Assembly: GCA_052327205.1 (NCBI GenBank)
Contig: CM126224.1
Location: forward strand, 18,352,001-18,416,000
DNA: 64,000 bases
DNA from: Somniosus microcephalus
Lineage: Eukaryota
Reading direction: 5' to 3'
In this document: piece after piece, positions 25,261-39,174 of the stretch
Layout: every line of letters starts with the position of its first letter
Position numbering within the stretch: the stretch's first letter is position 1
Notes under the pieces: model-generated
The model's database searches: none
Told to the model about the DNA's origin: nothing
What the model saw: the letters and a program-made list of their open reading frames with translations, nothing else
Made by a program: the position numbers and the translations under genes

Positions 25261-25529
25261 ATTTTAATTCAAGTCCATTTTATTCACCTCCGCACAAATA
25301 TAAGTGACAAGCAATTTTTTTTAATGTCCTAAAAACAAGCACAATTCCAACAGATACTGACAGTCAGTTTGCCCTGCCCGCCCTTCAGTTCAGTACTGAG
25401 ATTCAGGGCAGTGATGATTTGGGAATTTGCTGGACCCTGCTCCGTGTTGTTAGCTTCATTTTGACGTCACTTGACCTGGGTTAATAGCATCAAGTTTGAC
25501 GATGTGTCCCCAGCTGTTTGTAACTCGCT

Positions 25530-25680
25530 TCAGATGTTTGCAGGCTGCGGTCTGCGGCCTTGTAAAGGTTTCCGCTGCTTCTTTACCTTATAAAACTTTG
25601 CTCCAAAGCCATTTGAATATTCAGAATGTAGTATTGAAGCCACTTGTTTCTTAGCAGACAGATTCCCACCCAAGCCAGAC
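25530..25680 (-). CDS. ddx31: DEAD-box RNA helicase DDX31, last coding exon
   Basis: Minus-strand acceptor tttctctcttccttcctcag|. Reads (R)SGLGGNLSAKKQVASILHSEYSNGFGAKFYKVKKQRKPLQGRRPQPANI*, resembling the DDX31 C-terminal ILRSEYSSG...KVKKQ. The phase-2 junction fits the exon at 47768-47951. Confidence 0.88.
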
Positions 25681-27289
25681 CTGAGGAAGGAAGAGAGAAA
25701 GGAAGACAAAAACTGAAAGGAGGAATTATTTAATACAAGTATCATGTCTGATTTTAGATATTAAAAGACTAAAAAGACACAAGGCCACTTTTGTGCAGCA
25801 CAATGTAAACAAATCTGGATTACATGGAGATTCCCTGCATGTCCAGATTCCTTTACAGTAGCATCAATTCAAACTGTCCCAATTTTATACAACCATGATA
25901 TATACAAACTCCACATCTGGTACAAAAATACACCAGCAAATATTTTAAGTCATAAAATTGTTGGAATGCAGACAGGTATAGCAATATATCATTCACATAC
26001 CCAGAGCTCCAGTCCTGTTCCCACATTAGATATTTATCTATGACCACCTTAAAGATTAAAGATTAGAGAAAAATTCTGTACTTCTTCTATTTTGCTCCAG
26101 AAGAGGAGATGCGAATATTGGTGCAGCAAACTTCTGGGCTGAATTTTCAAATTAAGGAAAGTTTAGGGTGGAACACAAGAATTTGCTTGCATCCATTATT
26201 AATATATCTTAAAAATAAATACAGTTGGGAGATCTTTTTTTAAAATGAGAAGGCAGTACCGACATTGGAAAGAAGTGGCGGTATAGAGACTGGATGCGAG
26301 AGAACGGAATGGAATAGACACTACAATTTGAAGGTTTTAAAGTAAAAGGTTAATTTTCTTTGTGCTGATGATTCCTCGGTAGACGGATGGACCACGGTTA
26401 CATGCAGTGTAGGGGACCTCTCCTGTGAGTCATAAAAAGCAGCAAAGCACCCGCTGCTTTTAAAGTTTATTATAGGAGAGCAGTTGCGCGTGAAATGTTA
26501 CAAACTATGCATTAAGTTTTTTTTAGAATCAGTGTTTCTTCAGAGGGGCTGTTTGTGATCCAAGTCGATCTAGTTTAATGTGCTATGTGGAGTTCACCAG
26601 ATGCCGAGAGTAACAACTATAAATTACTGCTTCAGAAGACGTTTTAAAAAGCCTATGCTGACCTCGTGCATTTCTAGATGCTGTTTTAATATCTGAGTTA
26701 ATTGGAATTTTTACACTTTTTAAACTGATGAGGTTCACAACATTGACTTGCATGTTCTATACTCAAGGCAGAATGCTCACTAAAGCAATCCAGTTGCAAC
26801 TGTGCAAGAACACTTTGTAACACAGCAAGGATCCCACGGCTCCTTAAACATTCTGGTTAGTGATCTGACAAATAAAAGAGGCTAGTACTTAATCAATAGT
26901 TACTCTGATCAGCAACAGAGAAAGAATGATGTAGGAAGGGCTTAAGCTCTCTGACCCATCACAGGGAGCCACTAAAGGAAAACAACCCTTCTTAACACAC
27001 TAAAAGAGATGGGATTCCTTTAGTGCTGACCCCTCTGGGCTGTGTTTCAGAGATCAATATTAGGGGACATGCAACATGGCTGTTACTGAAATAGTGAACA
27101 TTTGTAAAATGTGGTAAAGGATCCTACACTGACAAGCATCCAGTTTAAGAAGCTGGAGAATATGTCCCCATAAATACCCAGAATGATTGGCTCTTATAGG
27201 GTTCCATACCAGCAGGTAAAATTGTTCACCTCTTAAAATTTACACAATACTCTAAAAATTTACAATTCCTGATCAGGGTCTTCTCACAT

Positions 27290-28162
27290 GCCTAATTCTG
27301 GCCTCTTGAGCATCCCTGATTTTAATTGCTCAACCATTGGTGGCCCACCTTAGCTGCCCAAGTCCCTAAAGCTCTGGCATTCCCTCCCTAAACCTTTCCA
27401 CCTCTCTTTCCTCCTTTAAGACACTCCTTAATACAGGTACACTATCCCTTATCCGAAAGCCTTGGGACCAGCTGAGTTTCAGTTTTTGGAATTTTTCGGA
27501 TTTCAGAAGGTATTATTATAAGACTGGGAAATTTGTATTTAATATAAATTTTAAAAGTTCAGGCTAGCTCTTGCGACTGTTCCGTGTCTCATTCCCCTTC
27601 CTGCTTCTCTGGAAAGCCGGATATCGGCTGACTCCTACTAAGCTGGCCCGCAAATCAGGTCGGGGGTTGGGTGGGGGAGAAAAGAATATCGGACGGGCCG
27701 CGGTTCAGGTCGGGGGGGGGGGGGGTGGGGGGGGAGAAAAGAATATCGGATGGGCCGCGGTTCGGTTCGGGGGGAGAAAAGAATATCGGACGGGCCGCTG
27801 TATTGTTGGGTTCACTCTCCTGGTACCTCCTTCATACTGCCCGGCTCGGCCTGCAAGCTCCTACCCAGGAGGGAACTCTGTGACCCTCTGCCCTGCTCAG
27901 CGTAAGTCTTGCGCCACTCTGGTCATGTCGTGTGCACGACTTACGCTGAATGAAAAAACTTTCGGTTTTTAGAGGTTTTCGGTTTTTGGAAGTTCGGATA
28001 AAGGATAGTCTACCTGTACTTACCTCTTTGACCAAGCTTTTGGTGATCTGCGCTAATATCTCCTTATGTAGCTCGGTGTCAAATTTGTTTTATAACGCTC
28101 CTGTGAAGCGCCTTGGGACGTTTTACTACGTTAAAGGCGCTATATAAATGCAAGTTGTTGTT
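27290..28162 (+). mobile_element. L2 LINE 3' remnant interrupted by a MITE
   Basis: ctctggcattccctccctaaacc...cctttaagacactcctta[MITE]cttacctctttgaccaagcttttgg...aaaggcgctatataaatgcaagttgttgtt; typical L2 ORF2 end (FK.LLKT.LF) and tail. Confidence 0.8.
27434..28016 (+). mobile_element. Tc1/pogo (Tigger-like) non-autonomous MITE, family A copy 1
   Basis: TA on both sides. TIRs CAGGTACACTATCCCTTATCCGAA / TTCGGATAAAGGATAGTCTACCTG. Internal repeats GGGGGAGAAAAGAATATCGGACGGGCCGCGGTTC. Confidence 0.92.
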
Positions 28163-31100
28163 ACTGTGTGAGGCTGAGTCCATGCATTGATTGACACCTG
28201 TCCGCCTCAGGCCACACTCGAGACATTTGCTTTCCCCCTGAACTTATATCTTAGAAATACCACTGTCAACAGTCCCCCATGATCACTTGACAGGATGTGT
28301 GCTCACAGCGACCAGCTCAATCTTCATGCAATCTGAGGTAGAGTGTTGCACAGAGCACAGCATTCTACCGGCAGTCTGACCAGGGACTGAGGACATCCTG
28401 GCCCAGTCAATGGTAACAGCTACAGGAAGCCCTGGGATTAGTACCACCACCTATTTGATTGGGATTTAGGTGGTCTACCTCATATACAACTACTTTCTCT
28501 TTTAGTTTTTGTAATTATTTGCATAATAACATAAATCCTGAAAATGCAACTTCCATCCACTATCTCATGCAGGAGTGATGGAAATGTACAGAACAACAGC
28601 GCATGAATGCATTTTGTGTACTCTTTCATTCTGAAACAATACATTTGATGTGGTTGAGCAAGAGCTCAATTACAGGCCTGAGCCTGTGTGTTGTTGCTCT
28701 TGTATTCTGAGCAATGGCCCAGGTGACAGGCTGGCAAATGATTGGTCGCTTAATCACCTTATTAGAAAGGTTTGGGTCAGTAATTGTTGGGTGAGAGTGA
28801 AGAGCAGACAGGCCTCATCAAATTCATACACACACCTGTAATTAGACCGTGGACTTCTCTGATAACCAGGTCATTAGCACCGCATTACAGCCAAGCAAAG
28901 GGGGCGGGCGGGGGGAGAATCTTTAAACAGGTAACAAATTATACACCTTATTTGAGTTCTGTATTACAGACAAGTTTTAGTGCAGTCGATGGCACTCTGA
29001 GATAAATGAGTCGGATTTGAGGCAACACCACGTTTTTGAAGGTTTCATGAGCTGCCATCAGGATTCCAGTTCAAACCTAAAAAGTGTGGAGCCAGACACC
29101 TTCCCTTTTAACCAATGGGAATCCCAGGTCTTCAGGCTTCATTAGGCGAGGCAGCAGGAAGTAAAGTAAATGGGGAATGTGGTACACCGAGGTGGCGGCT
29201 CTCCACCTCGACGCTGCTCAGTGCCAGACAAGCCATAGAGGGGCTGACTGACCAACGATTAGCGCATTTACACAGTCAGACATGAATGTGTTGACCAGTA
29301 ACTGCTACCACACCATAGTTTGCACCAGACACACAGGACAGAGCAAGCTGACCATTAATTATTACTAATTGGTGCAAGGAAGAACGTTCTCCCCATCACA
29401 CCACCACTTCATTACTGAATTGGTTGGTATTATAATAGAAGGACATTAGAGATGAAACTCTAGAACGAGTCTCCATTAACTATAAACACATTCCAGACAG
29501 CTTGTATTATAACCCACTCCCTAATCTAAAGCAAAACAGGACACAGCCTCTAGGGAAATACACTCTCCGTGTATGAAGACAATGATAAACATACTTTGTG
29601 ACTTATGTTTCCCCCTTCTCCAACATAGCTTCCTGTAGTTAAACTGTTCGCCACGGGCAATCAACTCCAACCATTTCTGTACCTCCCAGGAGATGCATTT
29701 AAACAGCCCATGAAAGGCAACTGTGGGCAATTCTGCCCTCTCCACTGATGGTTCATTTAAGAATTGTGACACCCCCCCTCCAGAGGAAGCCACTGGTCTT
29801 CAACACTAACCTGCCTGAACGTCAATTAGAAGCTTTAAGGATTGCATTTTCTGCCATCGAGGCTATTGCAATTTGCGAAGGGGGGGGGGGGAAAAAAAAA
29901 AGACGTTTTGGGGATACGCACGTGAGAAGGCAGTTATGTGAGGATAATCTATCAAAACGGGAAAGGCTTGGTGGGTTCAACGGCCTTCTCCTGTCCCCAG
30001 ATAGTCTTATGCCCTCTAGCAGCACAAAGCACTATCTAGGTTTGAACAACAGAGCTTGGGCAGCACAAACCTAGCTTTTAGTTTGCACTTGTGTTGCTTT
30101 GGAATCAACACTGCACATGCAGCTGGCCTTCTGAGTGAAATGCATGGAACAAAATCAACTCAGCCAGAACTTTAGCAAAACTATAAAATCATAATGACTA
30201 TGAAACCCTCACACAACTCTCTCAAGACCCACTGTAGCTCATCATTCAGTTGGCTGCTGCTGTATCAAAACTCCTATTCCGGTTGAACTTTACAATGGCA
30301 GATGGCATTTCATGTTAGTGGCATAGGCTCCACTGTATTCGTAGTTGGTAAACTAAAGGTCAACTCAGATACGTACCTTTGTTATGACAAGGTAAATGGC
30401 ACATGGACATTTCCCACTGCAGTTGGTGAGTGGAAGGGTTAAAATCTACTATCCCACTACACAGTTTCCTAAAAATTCAATTCCAGTTTCATTTTGAAAG
30501 TACATGACATCAAATATATGTCTCAGCATGTAATTTGAGCCAATGTGGACTTAGACTGCCCACATTTACCAGGGTGTAACAGTGAGAGGAAAGAGGAATG
30601 GAGTAAGTAAATAGAACAATGCAGCCTGGGTTATATTCTGATTTCTTATATCAAAGTGTTACAGGGAGTAGTACAGGGAATCAAGCAGAAATAATCAAAT
30701 CACATATTACTTTATGGCACTATCATCATTCTGGAAATCCTCCTATGTGGACTTTAGACTTCTGACATAGGTCAGTAATGGCAGGCAATCTACTGAGATA
30801 CACAGAACTTATTTTCTTAAATCAGATCACTGCAATCACCGTACCTACCTTATCTCCCCCACCTCCTTTACATTTTTGGTTCCAGCTTCCATTCTGAAAG
30901 TGGGAACCATATTGAAAAACTATTTCTCCCGACGCTGAAAACTGGCTCCAAATGATCACTAATCGAGACCTAGAGACATTTGTACAACCAGAGCAACACT
31001 TAAAAATGTCAGAATAGAAAGAGATGTTGCTGGTAACTCTGACACTGCGACTACACGACAATGAGGTAACTTACTGGTAGCACTCCATAGTTGTAAACCT

Positions 31101-31199
31101 ATTTGTGTCCAGACACTTCCTTTTCAAGTTATGTTGTATTTTCCTCACACTCCTTTGTTTTGGTGGTCCCTTGCTGAGTAGGCACGTGGGCATTTTACT

Positions 31200-32015
31200 T
31201 TAAGAATATAAGAAATAGGAGCAGGAGTCAGCCATACAGCCCTTCAAACCTGCTCAGCCATTTAATAAGATCACGGCTGATCTTCGACCTCAACTCCACT
31301 TTCCCACTCGACCCCCACATCCCTTGATTCCCTTAGAGTCCAAATATCTATCGATCTCAGCCTTGACTACACTCAAAGCCTCAGCATCCACAGCCCACTG
31401 GGTAGAGAATTCCAACCCTCAGTGAAGAAATTTCTCCTCATCTCAGTCCTAAATGGCCGACTCCTTATCCTGAGACTGTGCCCCCTAGCTCTGGACTCTT
31501 CAGCCGGGGAAAACAGCCTCTCAGCATCTACCCTGTCAGGCCCTCTCAGAATCTTACATGTTTCAATGAGATCACCTCTCATTCTCCTAAACTCCAGAGA
31601 GCATAGGCCCATTCTACTCAATCGCTTCTCATAGGACAACCCTCTCATCCCAGGAATCAATCTCGTGAACCTTTATTGCACCTCCTCTAGGGCAAGTATA
31701 TCCTTACTCAGGTAAGGAGACCAAAACTGTACACTGTACTCCAGGTGTGGTCTCAACAAGGCCCTGTACAATTGTCACAAGACTTCCTTACTCTTATACT
31801 CCAACCCCTTGCAATAAAGGCCAACATGCCATTTGCCTTCCTAATTGCTTGCTGTACCTGCATGTTAACTTTCTGTGTTTCATGTACAAGGACACCCAAA
31901 TCCCTCTGAACACCAACATTTAATAGCTTCTCACCATTAGAAAAATAAGCTGTTTTTCTATTCTTCCTACCAAAGTGAATAACCTCACATATCACCAAAT
32001 TCTACTCCATCTGCC
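31200..32015 (-). mobile_element. 5'-truncated CR1 LINE (RT C-terminal part and 3' tail), degenerate
   Basis: Minus ORFs CEVIHFGRKNRK...QRDLGVLVHET and IPGMRGLSYEKRL...RRMRGDLIET...RRNFF, plus the CR1 tail. Confidence 0.93.
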
Positions 32016-35000
32016 AGCCCTGTACTTTACCTCTAACAATGCTATACTGCAACCAGCCACTAGGATGTGCTCAAGTCCACCCGGAGTGGCTTGTTCCCCG
32101 ATTCCTCCCTCCCCATCTCATCCTGAAACACCCCAGCTGTCTTTCCAAAGGCACAGGTAAGATCAGTAATTTGATATGTGAATGGTCGGTGTATTTCCAT
32201 TCTGTGGAGGACCAATTCGTGGAACCACCATTCCACACCCCATACCTACTCAAGGTAGATGGACAAACACAACTGGAAAGCAAATAATGGTACCACACAT
32301 CTTTATAATTCAAAACACTATATAAGCAAAGTGCTGCCCAACTACTTTAACACCAAGCTGACAATGCCCATAAAACAGACTCACACTATATAATAGCGTG
32401 TTCTTTCACTCACGAGAGAGGCCTAAGCAGATCACTCACGGGAGAAGATTCATTGACATTTCATGGAAGCAAAATGTTTCAGTGCACGGTTGGTGAGCTC
32501 TCTCCCCAAAGGATTATTTGCCTGCAAAATCCTTTCCCCAAAACCACACTTGATCGAGCAATGACAAGACACCAAGCGCAACGTAATATCCCACACAAAT
32601 CTCATTAGAATTTTTGTTAAGAACAGAAATAGTCACCAGTCCTCAAAGGGTTAAAGCCAACAGCAAACTGTGTAATCCTGTGGTACACTGCTGTCCCTCG
32701 TCATGGAGCATCCCACTGCACTAACGACAGTCAGTGCATTATTACTGAGGATCAAAGCCCCCAAACCCTGTCTCACATGCTCTTTATCAGCTAATCACTC
32801 TATTCATCTCTGAATAATCACTCTGCTAAATCCTCTCCCTATCTCCCAGCACATGGGTATTTGATTCCTGATGGCCATCTGCCGGTAAGGGTCAAGCAGC
32901 AGAGTACAGCCTCTTGTCCCCAATGGTTTCTCTAGGGAAGTCTGCTCCCTGTCAGCACTTTCTCCTCAGCATTACAGACACATTAGTAGATGGCTGCAAG
33001 CAAGTTAAAAGACAATTAGGGAATCATAGTGATCTCACCTTGTGACATCGGTGAAACTGCGTTTAACCCATTAGTTGCCATCATTATAATCAACCGATAG
33101 TGATCATTTGTTTTTAATTGTTTATTTACTCTCATGGTAGTTAATTTAAGTAAACACGTTATCAGTAATATAAAGATAGGCAATTTATTGATTCGAGTGG
33201 GTAGAAAGGTACTGTCAGACCATTTCTTGCAGTAGGCTTCAATGGTTCGGTAACATGTCTGTGAAATTCTTCTGTTTGCTGTTTTAACAAAGTTGTTCAC
33301 CCATTTACAGATCCTTTAACCGACGTGTTACAAATGTGGCACAGCAGAATTTCAATCACAGTGTCACTCACCACATTGTTGCAAAACTGTAAGTCCTTAA
33401 CTCCCTCAGTCTCCCTTTCCCCTACAGTCCAGAGGCTTTTCAAACATAAGCTTTGCACGCTGCATTCACTACTTCTTGGTTTCTCTCATTTCCTCTCCTA
33501 TTCCTTCTTATCCTGATAGTGTGCTGCCCTATGGATCTTGGGTCTTGGGTCTTTTCCTAGGTCTCTTGATTGAAATAAAATTCTCACAATCTTTCCAGTT
33601 CTCACCTCATGGAGGCACTTAATGGATCCCAAATCCATGTAAAAATGGAATACAAAACTAATGTCAGTGTCCATAATAAGATATTACGCTTCTTTATTTA
33701 AGTATGAGAGTCAGGAGTTACCCTGAATGCACCAGGAATGACAACAGTAAAACAACTTTCTAGGGTATGCATCATTCTTTTACCACCACTAGATGTCACT
33801 AGCACAATCTATAAATATATGCACCAGTGACATCATAGGGCTGAATGTGAATACAGCACATCCTATGTTTAAAAAAACCAAGATTCTCCATATCCACTTT
33901 CCAAGGACAAAATGTTAAAATCTGTCAAATAGCTGAAAATTCTTATTCCTGCTTAATATATGAGCATTATCATTGCTTGTTTGTGACTTGAGATGCACTA
34001 TTTTCCCAGCCAGCCTTAATATCCTGGTGAGAAAAATGTAAAACCGATGGGAGCGCAGAACTTTCTCAATGTGTGGATCCCTCGTCCTTGGGGGAAAAAA
34101 TAAAATCGAGTCATGGGCCATTACCAAAGCAAAATACAACGGCTGCCTCACTCTGACACGCTTTCACTTTCAAATGGGATTATGGGATAACTGGACAGTA
34201 CGAGCTGCGGTGTCTGCCATGGCTGTCATCAATACTGCTTTATGACAGACAGGCGAGAGGCACGTTTCCCCAGTGGCTCATGTTGTGGCGTTGGGCACTG
34301 CCTCGTCAAAAGGTCGAGGCAAGAACTGCCACAACTTATCCAATGCAGTCGGAAAAAAAAATGTACCTCAAGATTCAAACTTCGGACTCTAGCGCTACAG
34401 TTTTGGTGAACTCGGTGCGAACTGCAATTTAAAAAAAAATCACTTTGCCTAAAATTCAACACGAGATATAAAAAGGAATGACGGATTATACCCTAATAAA
34501 TTTATATTGTTTAGCAGCTGCTGGTAATTGCAATCGGTTTAATTTCTTGCTCAGTGAATAGGAACTCTTCTTATAGTGTGCAACATAAATACTGAGGGCT
34601 TGTATTAAACTGATCATAGACACAATGCTATGGCCGCACATACCATCCAAATTTCTTGGCAAAAGAGATTGTACACCAACGATTGTAATGGGAGATACTA
34701 GAAGTTTTATCTTTGTACTTACAGCAGGAAAAAGAAGTTGTATTGATACAAAGTCAATAAATCTAGGCCCCTAAACTGCTGCCAACAGTCAAAGCACAAC
34801 AGACACGAAACTCAAAGAATGGCAGCTACATGAGAGAACGATTCCCCACTGTTTCTGTTGCAAGGATTATAGAATAACCCCTCGGGGATCCCTGCAACAG
34901 AGGGTGCACCATTCACAAACAGACAGCAGCATGAGAAGCTAAATACAATCTGATCAGCTGAATGGGAGCCAGTTAGTCGCGTACACTAGGAGCAACCACC

Positions 35001-35619
35001 CTAAGCCACATTTGTTTTGTTCTCGCCCTCTACTTTTGATCACTGATTTCTCTGTCTTGCAGGCCACTCACCACAGGTTCTTCTCGGGTTTAGACAATCT
35101 GGACCACCTACTTCTCCACAATTTATTTCAGCCCCTATTCTATATTCAGCCAGCAGGAGGTGCAACTCAGTTGAGGCAATTTTTACTCTACAGTACGCCT
35201 CCTACCAGATTAATCAAGAATCCGTGAAATGCCCCAAAGTGAGGTAGGGAGTCGTGAGGGCCATACAATGCTGACATTTTAAACTCTGCTTGCTGCCTTC
35301 ATGCTGGGTGACAGTCACGCCACTGCTCATGTTACCAGATAGTTCAACATTAAATGTACATAGACCATTATTAAGGTAGATATTTAATCTGAGGATGTTA
35401 TAACATGGGAGTGCAGCTGACAAAGAACAATCGCCTGGCTCTACAGATTAGATGACCGTACTGAATCCACTCCTTAGTGTCAGTTCTTTATAATGTTATA
35501 TGGTATTGCGGCAAAGTGAAGGCCGGAAACTTCCCGACAAGGAAAGAAGGATAAAGAAAAAGGGAGTCTAGCAGCTGGTTCACAAATGCATTGGGAAGGT
35601 CACATATCCTCTCTCAGAA

Positions 35620-36645
35620 TGTTACAGAACAGAAAGAAGTGATTTGGCCCATCAAGTCTGCACTGGTGTCTTTCTCCATATAAAATATCTAGTTTAATCC
35701 AAATCTCCTGCTCGGTTCCTATTCCCTTTAATAGTCTTCTTATTAAACAATGGGGTCATTTCCCTTTTAAAGTACTAATGGACACTGCCTTCAGCAACAG
35801 TTTGTGGCAGAGAATTCCACATTCTCACCACCCTTTGTGAAAAGAAATTTCTCTGATCTCCCCTTTAATTCTTTTTTGATCATCTTAAATTTATGATCTT
35901 GTTTTACTGTCTCATTTACCTAATCAGAACCCCTCTAGTCTTGACAACTTTCTCAGTGCCAGTGAAAAAGCCCTAAATTCTCAAGTCTCTCTTCATAACT
36001 ACCTCTTATCCCTGGTCATATCTGACTGAATATACTCTGCCTCTTTTCCATTGCTTTTATATCATCCCCACAGTAGGGTATCCAAAACTATACACATACT
36101 CCAACCGTGGCCAAACAAGTCTTGTACACGTTCAACATTACTTCTTTGCTTTAGTATTCTATGCCTCCAGATACAAAACCAAGGATTCTGTTTGCTTATT
36201 TCATGGCCTCATATACTTTCACTGCCACCTTAAAAACCTGTGTACCTGCACAGCCAAGTCCCTCTGCTCCATTAATCCATTTAAAATCTTACCATTTAAG
36301 GTGTACCTCCTTTCCATATTCTTACTTCCAAAATGTATTACTTTACAGTTATCTACATTAAACTGCATCTGCCACCTATCTGCCCATCTTGCTAGACTAT
36401 CTGCGGTCTTCTTCAGTTTCTCACAGTTCTCATCATAATTTGCCATATCCCCCAATTAAATGTCATCAGTAAATTTCAATATTGTTCCCTCAATTCCCAA
36501 GTCCAGTTCATTATATGTATATATATATATACACATCAGGCAACGCTGTGCCCAACACAGACTGTGGAACATTATTTACCACATCTCTCCAGTCTGAGAA
36601 ACTTCCCTTTGTTCCTATCCTTTGCTTTTTGCCCTCCAACATCCA
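35620..36645 (-). mobile_element. Old degraded CR1 LINE fragment
   Basis: Minus ORF WADRWQMQFNVDNCKVIHFGSKN...EQRDLAVQVH and KQRIGTKGSFSDWRDVVNNVPQ; CR1 tail near 35620-35680. Confidence 0.85.
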
Positions 36646-36649
36646 TCTA

Positions 36650-36708
36650 TTCATAGAATGATACAACACAGGATGCCATTCGGCCCATTGTGCTTGTGCC
36701 GGCTCTTT
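36650..36708 (-). mobile_element. Short CR1 3' tail
   Basis: catagaatgatacaacacaggatgccattcggcccattgtgcttgtgccggctcttt matches the tails at 530-595 and 60668-60735. Confidence 0.7.
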
Positions 36709-39165
36709 GGGTGACTTTAATCTACATATAGATTGGGCTAACCAAATTAGTAACAATACTGTGGAGGAGGAATTCCTGGAGTGTATACGGGATGGTTTCC
36801 TGGACCAATATGTCAAGGAACCAACTAGAGATCAGGCCATCTTAGACTGGGTATTGTGTAATGAGAAAGGATTAATTAGCAATCTTGTTGTGCGAGGCCC
36901 CTTGGGTCGGAGCGATCATAATATGATAGAATTCTTCATTAAGATGGAGAGTGAAATAGTTGACTCAGAGACTAGGGTCCTGAATTTAAATAAAGGAAAC
37001 TACGATGGTATGAGATGCGAGTTGGGTAGGATTGATTGGGGAATGTCACTCTAAGGGTTGACGGTGGATGGGCAATGGCAAACATTCAAAGATCGCATGA
37101 ACTACAGAATTTGTTCATCCCAGTTTGGCATAAAAATAAAACAAAAAAGGTGACTCAACCGTGGCTAACAAGGGAAATTAGGGATAGCATAAGATCCAAG
37201 GAGAGGACATATAAATTGGCCAGAAAAAGCAGTAAACCTGAGGATTGGGAGCAGTTTAGGATTCAACAAAGGAGGACAAAGGGATTAATTAAGGGGGAAA
37301 TAGAATGAGAGTAAGCTTGCAGGGAACATAAAAACTGACTGTAAAAGCTTTTATAGATATGTGAAGAGAAAAAGATTGGTGAAGTCAAGCGTAGGTCCCT
37401 TGCAGTCAGAATCAGGGGAATTTATAATGGGGAACAAAGAAATGGCAGACCAATTAAATACATACTTTGGTTCTGTCTTCACAAAGGAGGACACAAATAA
37501 CCTCCCAAAGATGAAAGGGAGGAACTGATAGAAATCAGTATTTGTAGGGAAATGGTGTTAGGGAAATTGATGGGATTGAAGGCCGATAAATCCCTAGGGC
37601 CTGATAATCTACATCCTAGGGTACTTAAGGAAGCGGCCCTAGAAATAGTAGATGCATTGCTGGTCATCTTCCAAAATTCGATAGACTCTGGAACAGTACC
37701 CATGGATTGGCGGATAGCTAATGTTACCCCATTGTTCAAAAAGGGTGGTAGAGAGAAAACGGGGAATTACAGCCTGACATCGGTAGTGGGGAAAATGCTA
37801 GAGTCCATTATAAAGGATGTAATAGCAGAGCACTTGGAAAAAAGTGACTGGATCGGACAAAGTCAACATGGATTTACTAAAGGTAAATCGTGCTTGACTA
37901 ATCTACTGGAATTTTTTGAGGATGTAACTGGTAAAATAGATAAGGGAGAACCAGTGGATGTAGTGTATTTGGACTTTCAAAAGGCTTTCGAATAAGGTCC
38001 CGCATAAGAGATTAGCGTGTAAAATTAAGGCACATGGGATTGGGGGCAAGGTATTGACTTGGCTAGAGAACTGGTTGGCGGACAGAAAGCAAAGAGTTGG
38101 AATAAACGGCTCTTTTTCCGAGTGGCAGGCAGTGACTAGTGGGGTACCGCAGGGATCGGTCCTTGGACCCCAGCTATTCACAATATATATTAATGATCTG
38201 GACGAGGGAACTAGATGTAATATCTCCAAGTTTGCAGATGACACAAAGCTGGGTGGGCGTGTGTGCTGTGAGGAGGATGTCGCAAAACTCCCGTATGATT
38301 TAGACAGGTTGGGTGATTGGGCAGAAGCATGGCAGATGCAATATAACGTGGATAAATGCGAGGTTATCCACTTTGGTGTCAAAAACAGGAAGGCAGATTA
38401 TTATCTGAATGGCAATAGATTGGGAGAAGGGGAAGTGCAATGAGACCTGGGCGCCCTTGTGCACCAATCGCTGAAAGTAAGCATGCAGGTGCAGCAGGCG
38501 GTTAAGAAGGCAAATGGTATGTTGGCCTTCGTAGCGAGAGGATTTGAGTACAGGAACAAGGATGTCTTGCTGCAGTTGTACAGGGCCTTGGTGAGACCAC
38601 ACCTTGAGTATTGTGTGCAGTTTTGGTCACCTTATCTGAGGAAGGATGTTCTTGCCATGGAAGGAGTTCAGCGAAGATTCACCAGGCTGATACCTGGGAT
38701 GGCAGGAATGACGTATGAGGAGAGATTGGGTCGATTGGGCTTATACTCGCTGGAGTTTAGAAGAATGAGAGGGGATCTCATTGAAACTTATAAAATTCTG
38801 ACAGGACTGGACAGACTAGATGCAGGAAGGATGTTCCCGATGGTCAGGGAGTCCAGAACCAGGGGTCACAGTCTAAGGATAAGGGGTAGGCCATTTAGGA
38901 CAAAAATGAGGAGGAATTTCTTCACCCAGAGAGTGGTGAACCTGTGGAATTCTCTACCACAGAAGGCAGTAGAGGCCAATTCATTAAATATATTCAAGAA
39001 GGAGTTAGATATATTTCTCAAGGCTAAAGGGATCAAGGGGTATGGGGAGAAAGCAGGGACCAGGTACTGAATTTGGATGATCAGCCATGATCGCATTGAA
39101 TGGCAGAGCAGGCTCGAGGGGCCGAATGGCCTACTCCTGCTCCTATCTTCTATGTTTCTATGATG
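36709..39165 (+). mobile_element. About 2.45-kb 5'-truncated CR1 (HER1-like) LINE; disrupted ORF2 (endonuclease C-terminus + reverse transcriptase) and 3' tail
   Basis: APE motifs GDFN...TR...LD...SDHN; RT motifs QHGF, YLDFQKAF, GVPQGSVLGP, KFADDTKL. Stops/frameshifts near 37052, 37306, 37993 and 38441. Tail GAGGGGCCGAATGGCCTACTCCTGCTCCTATCTTCTATGTTTCTATG. Confidence 0.97.
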
Positions 39166-39174
39166 CAACACTTA

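Noticed and set aside
36707-39070. Functional reverse transcriptase gene or active LINE
   Set aside because: 5'-truncated within the endonuclease domain and interrupted by several stops, frameshifts and deletions.
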